Shown here: positions 37,896-45,566 of the stretch, piece by piece | Numbering within the stretch: position 1 is the stretch's first letter | How the letters are laid out: each line of letters begins with the position of its first letter | Origin: Candidatus Binataceae bacterium | Lineage (GTDB): Bacteria > Desulfobacterota > Binatia > Binatales > Binataceae | NCBI GenBank assembly: GCA_035493515.1 | Contig: DATJID010000070.1 | Coordinates: 27,264 to 91,263 of the forward strand | Direction of reading: 5' to 3' | Length of the DNA stretch: 64,000 nt | The notes under the pieces: model-generated | The model's input: the letters and a program-made list of their open reading frames with translations, nothing else | What the model was told of the DNA's origin: nothing | Databases searched by the model: none | Translations under genes and position numbers: made by a program

Positions 37896-38618
37896 ATGTC
37901 TACCAGCGTTGGCGAATATGTCATGCAACGCATGCAAGGTTGGAATGTCGACAGAATATATGGATACCCGGGCGACGGAATAAATGGATTGATTGCCGGT
38001 CTCCGGAGAAACGACGACCGCCCGCGATTCATTCAGGCGCGTCACGAAGAGCTCGCGGCCTTCATGGCCACGGCCCATGCGAAGTTCACGGGCACCGTGG
38101 GCGTCTGCATGGCAACCAGCGGTCCCGGCGCCGTCCATCTGCTCAATGGACTGTATGACGCCAAGATGGATCACCAACCGGTCGTTGCCATTGTTGGGCA
38201 ATCCGCCACAACGGCGATCGGCAGCCAATATCAGCAGGAAGTCGATCTGCAGTCCCTGTTTAAGGACGTCGCCAGCGAATATTGCGTCACGGTGATGAGC
38301 CCGGCTGCGGTGCGGCACTGCGTCGATCGCGCATTTCGCATCGCGCTCGATCAACGGACTGTGACATGTTTGATATTTCCGAAAGACATTCAGGAGGAGG
38401 CGGCGGTGCCCAATCCGCCGCAACGGCACGATCACGCATTTACGGGCATCGGCTCTCCAGTGCCATACATGGTGCCGCACAAGAGCGATCTCAATGCGGC
38501 GGCGAAGATTCTCAATGAGGGCAAGAGAGTCGCAATGCTCGTCGGTGCCGGAGCCATGAATGCGCAGAACGAGGTCCAACGGGTCGCCGACCTCCTGGCG
38601 CCGGGTCAATGGCCATAG
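37896..38618 (+). pseudogene. 5' fragment (about 240 codons) of a thiamine-diphosphate enzyme gene (PoxB/acetolactate synthase-like)
   Basis: TPP_N domain (RIYGYPGDGINGL...ARHEELAAFMATAHAKFTG..GVCMATSGPGAVHLLNGLYDA) and the start of the central domain are present. The ORF then stops (…ADLLAPGQWP*). The about 330 codons carrying the PP-binding domain are missing. Confidence 0.7.
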
Positions 38619-39412
38619 CAGCAGTTGATATTGCGATGTGGGATCTCAAGGCTAAACTGCTCGACCTCTCGTTGCTCGATCTCTTCGGCGCATTTAGAGA
38701 AGGTGTCGAGCTTTATGGCAGTGGCGGGTTCACCAGTTACAGCGAAGAACGATTGGCCGACCAACTTGGGAGCTGGGCTGCCCAAGGAATGGGAAGGGTG
38801 AAAATGAAAGTCGGCCGCGATCCGGCAGCCGACCCTCGCCGCGTGCATGTCGCACGTAAAGCCATCGGAGAATCAGTGGAGCTCTTTGTCGACGCCAACG
38901 GAGCCTATTCGCGCAAAGAGGCGCTGGCGCTAGCCGGCCGCTTCGCTGTTGAGTCCAATGTTTCATGGTTCGAGGAACCGCGCCCCTCAGATGACTTGGA
39001 GGGTCTGCGGCTGGTACGCGATCGCGGACCGGTCGGGATGGATATTGCCGCGGGGGAGTATGGAGACCTTCCTGGCTATTTTCTTCGAATGCTGCAACTC
39101 GGGGCAGTAGATTGCCTTCAGGCTGACGCGACGCGTTGCGGAGGCTATACCGGCTTTCTCAAAGTGGCCGCACTGTGCGAGTCGTTTCAGATGCCGTTGT
39201 CGGCGCATTGTGCGCCGCAATTGCACGCCCATATCGGATGCGCCGTTCCCAGGTTGCGGCACGTTGAATTTTTTCACGACCACAATCGCATCGACCGGAT
39301 TCTTTTTGAAGGCGCGCTCGAACCGCAAAAAGGCAGGCTATATCCCGATCGCAGCCGGCCAGGACACGGAATGGCATTAAAGGCGGTGGACGCGCGCCAT
39401 TATCGTATCTAA
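38609..39412 (+). pseudogene. 3' fragment of an enolase-superfamily (mandelate racemase/muconate lactonizing enzyme) gene lacking the N-terminal capping domain
   Basis: It begins at AIAAVDIAMWDLKAKL, a motif normally about 90-100 residues into the protein. The barrel-domain metal ligands are present (VDANGAY, EEP). It is in a different frame from the preceding TPP fragment and overlaps it by 10 nt. Confidence 0.65.
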
Positions 39413-39708
39413 AACGGTGCGCGCTCCAAATTCACACGGCCTTAAAAAGAACGATGATTCTTCCGTTGATTAGTTTACGTCCTTGCTACGACACTCTTGT
39501 TCTGAATCATGACTCTGAGGTGCGCCGCGACTGATGTTCTCATTGCCCGCTCCTTCGTGTTTCAAGATGAGCTTGAAATCACGATGCGCTCAAAATTCAC
39601 GAAGGCACGGGAAGTACTCGACGTGATGCGAGTGGACTGATCCGCAAGCATAGCGGCCATAGCGCGTGACGCGGATTTCGAGACGCCAGACCTGCAAGAC
39701 GCCAGGTC

Positions 39709-41202
39709 TCAGTGATAGCTGCTGCCAGAAGCATCGGTGATCTGTCGCAGCACGGCGTCGAGATTAAACGCTGCCGGCTTCTGGCGCGGCGGAAATTTCG
39801 TGAAATTCTCTATTTGCTGAGCCACCAGGCCCTGCATCTCGTAAAGCAGATACGCATGCGAGATTACCCAGTCCCAGTAAGTATTGGAGTTTTCGTCCGC
39901 TCGCTCGAAAGGGTCGCGGCGCAGGTTGAACATCTTTGGCGCCCGCAGCTTCACGAACGGCTCGAACCAGCACATCAGTTGTTTCGCGCGCTGCTCCATG
40001 AGCACCAGCTTCCAGTCGCCCATGCGAAGCGCCAGAATGTCGCCATCATCGCTGATGTAGAAGAAGAATTTTCGCGGGCCGTCTTTCGTTTCGCCGGTGA
40101 GATAAGGCAGCAGATTGTATCCGTCGAGGTGCACCCGGTAGGTCTTATCGCCGATCTTGTGGCCCTTGAGGAGCTTGTCCGCGATGTCTCCCTCGCCCGC
40201 GGCAGCGAGAAACGTCGGCAGCCAGTCCTGGTGTGAGGCGACGCCGTTGAACACCGAACCCGGCTTGACCACACTGGGCCATCGCAAAAAAAATGGCACC
40301 CGCCAGCCGCCCTCCCAGTTGGTGTTCTTTTCGCTCCGAAACGGGCTAATCGCGGCGTCGGGCCAGCTGTTGTAGTGCGGTCCGTTGTCGGTCGAATATA
40401 CCACGATGGTGTTGTTGGCTATGCCGAGTTCGTCAATTTTGGACAGCATCGTCCCGATCTTCTCGTCATGGGCGACCATGACGTCGTTATAGTCCCCCTG
40501 TCCGCTTTTGCCCTTGTGTTTTTCCGGGCAGTGGGTCCTGAAATGCATCGCGGTGGTATTGTACCAAAGGAAAAAGGGCTTTCCCTCCGCATGAGTCTTA
40601 TCGATGAAGCCGAGGGCGCGTTCGGTGACCTCGTCATCGATGGTTTCCATCCGCTTCTTGGTGAGCGGCCCCGTATCCTCGACCTTTTGTCCGCCTTTGC
40701 CATCTGACCAGCTATGGAGCACGCCTCTGGGTCCAAAGCGTTTCTTGAATGCTGGATCTTTAGGGTAGTCCGGGTCTTCCGGTTCTTCCTCGGCATTCAA
40801 GTGATATAGGTTGCCAAAAAACTCGTCGAAGCCGTGCGCCGTGGGAAGGAACTGATCCTTGTCGCCCAAGTGGTTTTTGCCGAACTGTCCGGTTGCATAG
40901 CCTAGCGGCTTGAGCAGTTCGGCGATGGTCGGATCCTCCGCCCGAATACCCACGTCGGCGCCGGGCATTCCCACCTTGGTCAGTCCGGTGCGGATCGGAT
41001 TCTGTCCGGTGATGAAGGCGGCGCGGCCGGCAGTACAGCTTTGCTGACCATAGTAGTCGGTGAAACTCGCTCCCTCGTTGCCGATTCGGTCGATGTTGGG
41101 CGTTCGGTAGCCCATCTGGCCCCGGTTGTTATAGCTAATGTTCCACCAGCCGATATCGTCTCCCCATAGGACAAGGACGTTAGGTTTACTTGATGTAGGC
41201 AT
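39709..41202 (-). CDS. Arylsulfatase (formylglycine-dependent sulfatase family)
   Basis: PNVLVLWGDDIGW...SCTAGRAAFITGQNP (C-x-A-x-R variant of the FGly motif), GKNHLGD. ATG 41202 has GGAGA upstream. No signal peptide is evident. Confidence 0.85.
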   Translation of the reverse strand: MPTSSKPNVLVLWGDDIGWWNISYNNRGQMGYRTPNIDRIGNEGASFTDYYGQQSCTAGRAAFITGQNPIRTGLTKVGMPGADVGIRAEDPTIAELLKPLGYATGQFGKNHLGDKDQFLPTAHGFDEFFGNLYHLNAEEEPEDPDYPKDPAFKKRFGPRGVLHSWSDGKGGQKVEDTGPLTKKRMETIDDEVTERALGFIDKTHAEGKPFFLWYNTTAMHFRTHCPEKHKGKSGQGDYNDVMVAHDEKIGTMLSKIDELGIANNTIVVYSTDNGPHYNSWPDAAISPFRSEKNTNWEGGWRVPFFLRWPSVVKPGSVFNGVASHQDWLPTFLAAAGEGDIADKLLKGHKIGDKTYRVHLDGYNLLPYLTGETKDGPRKFFFYISDDGDILALRMGDWKLVLMEQRAKQLMCWFEPFVKLRAPKMFNLRRDPFERADENSNTYWDWVISHAYLLYEMQGLVAQQIENFTKFPPRQKPAAFNLDAVLRQITDASGSSYH

Positions 41203-41437
41203 TGGCCAATCTCCGATTACGTGATTAGTGTTGAGCACTCTTTTTGGTCGCAGCGGCTCGCCGCCCGAATCGAGTATACGTAAACCGTCAATTCGGGCTT
41301 TGCTCGAGACCGTGGGCCACGCGCTCTTGAGGAAGGAGCTAACAAACTTCGCGCCGAATTCGACAGTCGGACTTTAGTCCTGTATGAACGCATCAGGGCC
41401 GCGCATGCTAGGCATATTAAATTAGAGGGACCCTGCC

Positions 41438-42316
41438 ATGAACACCGGACGGCGTGAGCGCATCATCGACGAGCAGCAGGCCGCGGCCTGGATCGAAGAC
41501 GGGATGACCGTCGCGATCGGCGAACCGGCGCCGATGGCGCTGGTGCGCGGGATCATCAAACGTGGCGTGCGCAATCTGACCGTCGTCACCAGCGGCTTCG
41601 CGCTCGACATGCTGATCGCGGCCGGATGCGTACGCAAGACCGTGAGCTACTACGCCGGCGGCGGGCCGGGCGTTCCCGTGATGCCGTCGTTCCGCCGCGC
41701 AGCCGAGCGTGGTGAAATCGAGGTCTGGGAATGCGAAGAGGGTATCCTGTGCGCCGGCCTGCAGGCGGCGGCACAGCTGCTGCCGTTTATGCCCTGGCGC
41801 GGGGGACTCGGCACTTCGCTGCCGCGGATAAATCCCGACCTCAAGCTGTTCTGCGACCCGATAGCCGGCGAGGAATTGATCGCGGTGCCTCCAATCAAGC
41901 CCGACCTGGCGCTGCTGCATGCCGCCGCTGCCGACGCTTACGGCAATGTGCGCCATCTCGGCGGCCCAGGATGGCTCGACCTGTTCCAGCACCGCGCCGC
42001 CGACCGCACCATCGTCCAAATCGAGCAGGTGATCTCCAACGAAGAAATCCGCTCCGACCCGTGGGCGACCACTATCGCCGCCGCCGACGCGATCGTGCGC
42101 GCACCCTTTGGCGCTCATCCATTTTATAGCCGCGGGTATTACATCACCGACGGCCCGCATCTGCACGCCTACGTTCAGGCGGCCGAGAAAGCCGCCGGCG
42201 GCGATCGTGCGGCGCTCGAAGAATATCTGGACCGCCATTGCCACAAACCAGAGGGCCTGGCGGGCTATCTTGAGACGATCGGCATGAAGCGGCTGCTCGA
42301 GTTGCACGAATACTGA
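41438..42316 (+). CDS. Class I CoA-transferase, subunit A (glutaconate/3-oxoacid CoA-transferase-like)
   Basis: N-terminus IDEQQAAAWIEDGMTVAIGE and overall alpha-subunit pattern (CEEGIL, LLHAAAADAYGN). Confidence 0.8.
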   Translation: MNTGRRERIIDEQQAAAWIEDGMTVAIGEPAPMALVRGIIKRGVRNLTVVTSGFALDMLIAAGCVRKTVSYYAGGGPGVPVMPSFRRAAERGEIEVWECEEGILCAGLQAAAQLLPFMPWRGGLGTSLPRINPDLKLFCDPIAGEELIAVPPIKPDLALLHAAAADAYGNVRHLGGPGWLDLFQHRAADRTIVQIEQVISNEEIRSDPWATTIAAADAIVRAPFGAHPFYSRGYYITDGPHLHAYVQAAEKAAGGDRAALEEYLDRHCHKPEGLAGYLETIGMKRLLELHEY

Positions 42317-42352
42317 GCGCGAATTCCGCTTTCACTCCAGGAGGTCCACGAG

Positions 42353-42976
42353 GTGACGGAAGAAAAAAAATACTCGAGCAAAGTGATGGCGCTGTTCGCG
42401 TTCCTGCCGTGGCTGGTCTACATCCTTGCTTCCGCCGGCAACCACTGGCAGCTCGCGACCGCGGGCGGCGCGATCATGTGCCTGGTTTATCTCGCGGTGC
42501 CGGGGCGGCAGGCGACGATCAAACTGATGGACTGGACGACACTCGCTTTCTTCATCAGCGCGATGGTCCTGACGATTGGCCTGCGCTCGACCGTCCTGAC
42601 TACTTATCAGGTGATGATCATCTGGTCGTTTTACGCGGTGGCGGGATGGGCGTCGCTCGCCCTGGGCCTGCCCTTCACGGCTGCCTATGCGCGCGAGGAG
42701 CAGCCGCCCGAGGTTTGGGATCTGCCAATCTTTCATCGGCTCAACCGGATCATGACGCTGTTCTGGTGCGGTCTGTTCAGCGTCAACGTCGGCTTCGGCG
42801 CGATCGCGGTAATGGTCGGGGGTAACCTCGGCAAGCTGGTGCCGGGATTTTTGATTCCTACCGGATTGCTGATCTACGGATTCATCTTTAGCGCGCGTTT
42901 CCCGATGCGTTACGTGGCGCGGGTCAATGCCAGCGGCGCGGCGGCCGAGAACACCGACAGCGCATCGATCGCGTAG
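42353..42976 (+). CDS. Integral membrane protein of unknown function (5-6 TM) encoded between CoA-transferase subunits
   Basis: 207 codons with hydrophobic segments (VMALFAFLPWLVYILA, AIMCLVYLAV, LAFFISAMVLTIGL, IIWSFYAVAGWASLALGL, LFWCGLFSVNVGFGAIAVMV, LVPGFLIPTGLLIYGFIF). No family recognised. Confidence 0.55.
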   Translation: MTEEKKYSSKVMALFAFLPWLVYILASAGNHWQLATAGGAIMCLVYLAVPGRQATIKLMDWTTLAFFISAMVLTIGLRSTVLTTYQVMIIWSFYAVAGWASLALGLPFTAAYAREEQPPEVWDLPIFHRLNRIMTLFWCGLFSVNVGFGAIAVMVGGNLGKLVPGFLIPTGLLIYGFIFSARFPMRYVARVNASGAAAENTDSASIA

Positions 42977-43014
42977 TGCGCACTTGAAAGTTGCGCACTT
43001 CGAACGGAGCCCAG

Positions 43015-43824
43015 ATGATAAGCCGCGACGACAGCAGTGCGAGTGGATATGGCGTCCAGGAATTGATGGCGGTGTTTCTCGCGCGCGACCTCAACGATGG
43101 CGAGTTGTTGCGCGTCGGAGTCGCGATGCCGGTGGCGGAGGCGGCAGTGCGCCTTGCCCATCTGACGCACGGACCCAACATGGAACTGGTCTTTCTCGGC
43201 GGGCGGATGAACGTTGCCGACCTTGAAACCATCCCGATGCCCGCGTTCGGATGGGACCGGCGGGTGGTGCGCTGGACCGAGTCGTACAGCGACACCGGCC
43301 ATCGTTTCGACCGGCTCAAGGACTGGAACAACCACGTCTTCTTCATCGGCGGCATCCAGGTCGACCGTTTCGGCAATACCAACCTTATCGGGATCGGCAC
43401 CGATTACCGGCGTCTGAAGTTCCGCGGACCCGGCTCGGTGGGCACGCCCACGCTCAGCACCCACGTCGGTCGCTACTACATCGTGCTCAACAGTCATAGT
43501 CCGCGCCTGCTGGTCGAGCGCTGCGACTATATCAGCGCCTACGGATGGGGCAGCGGCGGACCCGACGCGCGCCGCAAGCTGGGACTTCCGGGCGGCGGCC
43601 CCAAGTACGTCGTCACGCCACTCTGCGTGATGGACTTCGAGGAGGAAACGCGGCGGATGCGCCTGTGCTCGCTCCATCCGGGAGTCAGCGTCGCGACAGT
43701 GCGTGAGAGCACGGGATTCGAGTTGGTGATTCCGCCGTCGGTGCCGACGACCGAGCCGCCGACGGCCGCGGAGTTGCACGCCCTGCGCACGCGCGTCGAC
43801 CTCGCCGGGCGTCTTCGCCGTTAG
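43015..43824 (+). CDS. Class I CoA-transferase, subunit B
   Basis: ATG 43015 has GGAG 5 nt upstream. Beta-subunit-like pattern: ELMAVFLARDLNDGELLRVGVAMPVAEAA...GGIQVDRFGNTNL. Confidence 0.75.
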   Translation: MISRDDSSASGYGVQELMAVFLARDLNDGELLRVGVAMPVAEAAVRLAHLTHGPNMELVFLGGRMNVADLETIPMPAFGWDRRVVRWTESYSDTGHRFDRLKDWNNHVFFIGGIQVDRFGNTNLIGIGTDYRRLKFRGPGSVGTPTLSTHVGRYYIVLNSHSPRLLVERCDYISAYGWGSGGPDARRKLGLPGGGPKYVVTPLCVMDFEEETRRMRLCSLHPGVSVATVRESTGFELVIPPSVPTTEPPTAAELHALRTRVDLAGRLRR

Positions 43825-43829
43825 CGTCC

Positions 43830-44645
43830 CTATTCCGGCAAGCCGCGGACGCGCGAGAACACCGCGTGCCAGCTCGCGCGAAACCACGGACTGCCGTCGC
43901 GCCGGCCGAATACCTGCCCCCGCACCGTCATCGCGCCGCTGCCCTGGATGGCGCAATCCAAAATTGTCTCTTCATCAACCGCGAACGTTCGTCCGCCAAA
44001 GTGGCGGTGCACGTAAAATTCATCGAAATGCAGCTCCGAGCGCATCCGCGCCGCGTTGCGGCCGTCGGTCGAAATTAGATCCATCCGCCCCGTCGGATTG
44101 ATGACCTTCGAATGGGGGTCCATCCCGAACTGGCTGAAAGTCAGTTCGAACGGTCCATTCCCGACACGCTGATAGCAGATGCGATAAGTCTTCGGTGTCC
44201 ACACACCGACATTGGGAGCGCCGGGCATCCGCGCGATGGAATCCAGGAACTCCACGCGGCCGTCCCAGCATCCACGGAATATTGCCGGCAGGATCGGCTG
44301 CGCATGCAGCATGGAGGCGGGCGGCGGTGGCGGCGGCGGAGGAGGTGGTGGTGGAAGCGGAAACGGCGGCGGCATCTGTGGCGGCGGTAACTGCGGCGCG
44401 GGGGGCGGCAACGGCGCCGGCGTCGGAGTAATCGCAGAGGGGATTTCCTGGAGTTGATTGGAGGGCGGCAATGGCGACCGCGTGGTGGGCACGGGCCGCG
44501 GGCGGAAACTTGGCTGCGACTGTGGCGCCGGCGGCGCCACCTCAAGCGACTGCTGCGCGCGCGACGCACGCGGCGCCCACATCAGCGCCATTGCCGCGAG
44601 CAGTACCAGCCCGACCCTCCGCCCCGTCAACTTTACCGCTTCCAC
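43830..44645 (-). CDS. Secreted protein: signal peptide, about 80-aa Pro-rich linker incl. a run of 12 Pro, C-terminal about 160-aa domain of unknown function
   Basis: MEAVKLTGRRVGLVLLAAMALMWAPRASRA|QQ, then PxP-rich sequence with LPPPPPPPPPPPPAS (about 44319-44354), then a globular-looking domain (FRGCWDGRVEFLD...WTPKTYRICYQRVG...DCAIQGSG). No family recognised. Confidence 0.55.
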   Translation of the reverse strand: MEAVKLTGRRVGLVLLAAMALMWAPRASRAQQSLEVAPPAPQSQPSFRPRPVPTTRSPLPPSNQLQEIPSAITPTPAPLPPPAPQLPPPQMPPPFPLPPPPPPPPPPPPASMLHAQPILPAIFRGCWDGRVEFLDSIARMPGAPNVGVWTPKTYRICYQRVGNGPFELTFSQFGMDPHSKVINPTGRMDLISTDGRNAARMRSELHFDEFYVHRHFGGRTFAVDEETILDCAIQGSGAMTVRGQVFGRRDGSPWFRASWHAVFSRVRGLPE

Positions 44646-44778
44646 GAGACTTTCCCGACCTCAATTATCAATGGTACAGCCATGCTTGGGTAGAGGCTCG
44701 CTGCGAGCCCTTTCGAATGTCACGCGGACCGGCGTTTGGTTAAAAGGCCGGCCGCGATCGCAAGGAGGATCGACATAG

Positions 44779-45534
44779 ATGAAACTCAAAGGAAAAGTTG
44801 CTCTCATCACCGGGGCCGGATCGGGAATGGGCAAGGCGACCGCGCTCCTGTTCGCGAGCGAGGGAGCGAAAGTCGCGGCGGCCGACATCAGCGAGGCCGC
44901 GGTCGAGGATGTCGCGCGCGAAATTCGCAAGTCCGGCGGCGAAGCGATAGCAATCGGCGCCGACGTCGCGAAAGCCGAGGACGTGCAGCGGATGGCCGCG
45001 GTAACGGTCGAGCGCCTGGGGCCGCCCAACGTGCTCTACAACAACGCCGGTATCGAGGGCGAAACAAATTTTATCGCCCAGACCAGCGAGGCAGCCTTCG
45101 ACAAGGTCATCGCGATCAACCTGCGCGGCGTCTTTCTCGGGATGAAGTACGTGCTGCCGCACATGGTTCAGCTCGGCGCCGGATCGGTCATCAACCAGGC
45201 TTCGATCGCCGGGATGGTCGCTATCCGCGGCAGCGCGGCCTACTGCGCCTCCAAGGCCGGCGTGATCGCGCTGACGCGTGTGGCGGCGTTCGAGTACGCG
45301 CGCTACAACATCCGCGTGAATTGCATTTGCCCGGGTGCGATCGAAACTCCGATGGCCGAGCGCATCAGGCAAGGCGAGCCGCCACGGCCGAGTTCGGTCA
45401 AACGGATTTCCCTGTTCAACCGGATGGGTCTGCCCGATGAGATCGCGAAGGTCGCGCTGTTCCTGGCGAGCGACGACGCTTCTTTCGCAACCGGCGCGCC
45501 GTTCGTGATCGATGCGGGCTGGACGGTTACCTGA
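44779..45534 (+). CDS. SDR family oxidoreductase (FabG-like)
   Basis: KGKVALITGAGSGMGKA, NNAG and YCASKAG motifs. Confidence 0.85.
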   Translation: MKLKGKVALITGAGSGMGKATALLFASEGAKVAAADISEAAVEDVAREIRKSGGEAIAIGADVAKAEDVQRMAAVTVERLGPPNVLYNNAGIEGETNFIAQTSEAAFDKVIAINLRGVFLGMKYVLPHMVQLGAGSVINQASIAGMVAIRGSAAYCASKAGVIALTRVAAFEYARYNIRVNCICPGAIETPMAERIRQGEPPRPSSVKRISLFNRMGLPDEIAKVALFLASDDASFATGAPFVIDAGWTVT

Positions 45535-45566
45535 GCGCCGTCGCGCAGTCGCATAGCCGCGATCGC

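Noticed and set aside
39413-39708. Small ORFs (26-43 codons) in the 296-bp gap upstream of the arylsulfatase stop
   Set aside because: Hand translation on both strands gave only short peptides without an RBS, a motif or hydrophobic character. The gap may be degraded remnant DNA, and no call is supportable.
41417-43956. Minus-strand ORFs 41417..42307 (296 aa), 42332..42736 and 42910..43956 (348 aa)
   Set aside because: They are antisense to the CoA-transferase A, membrane protein and B genes. Their composition is Arg/Gly/His-rich with no domains.
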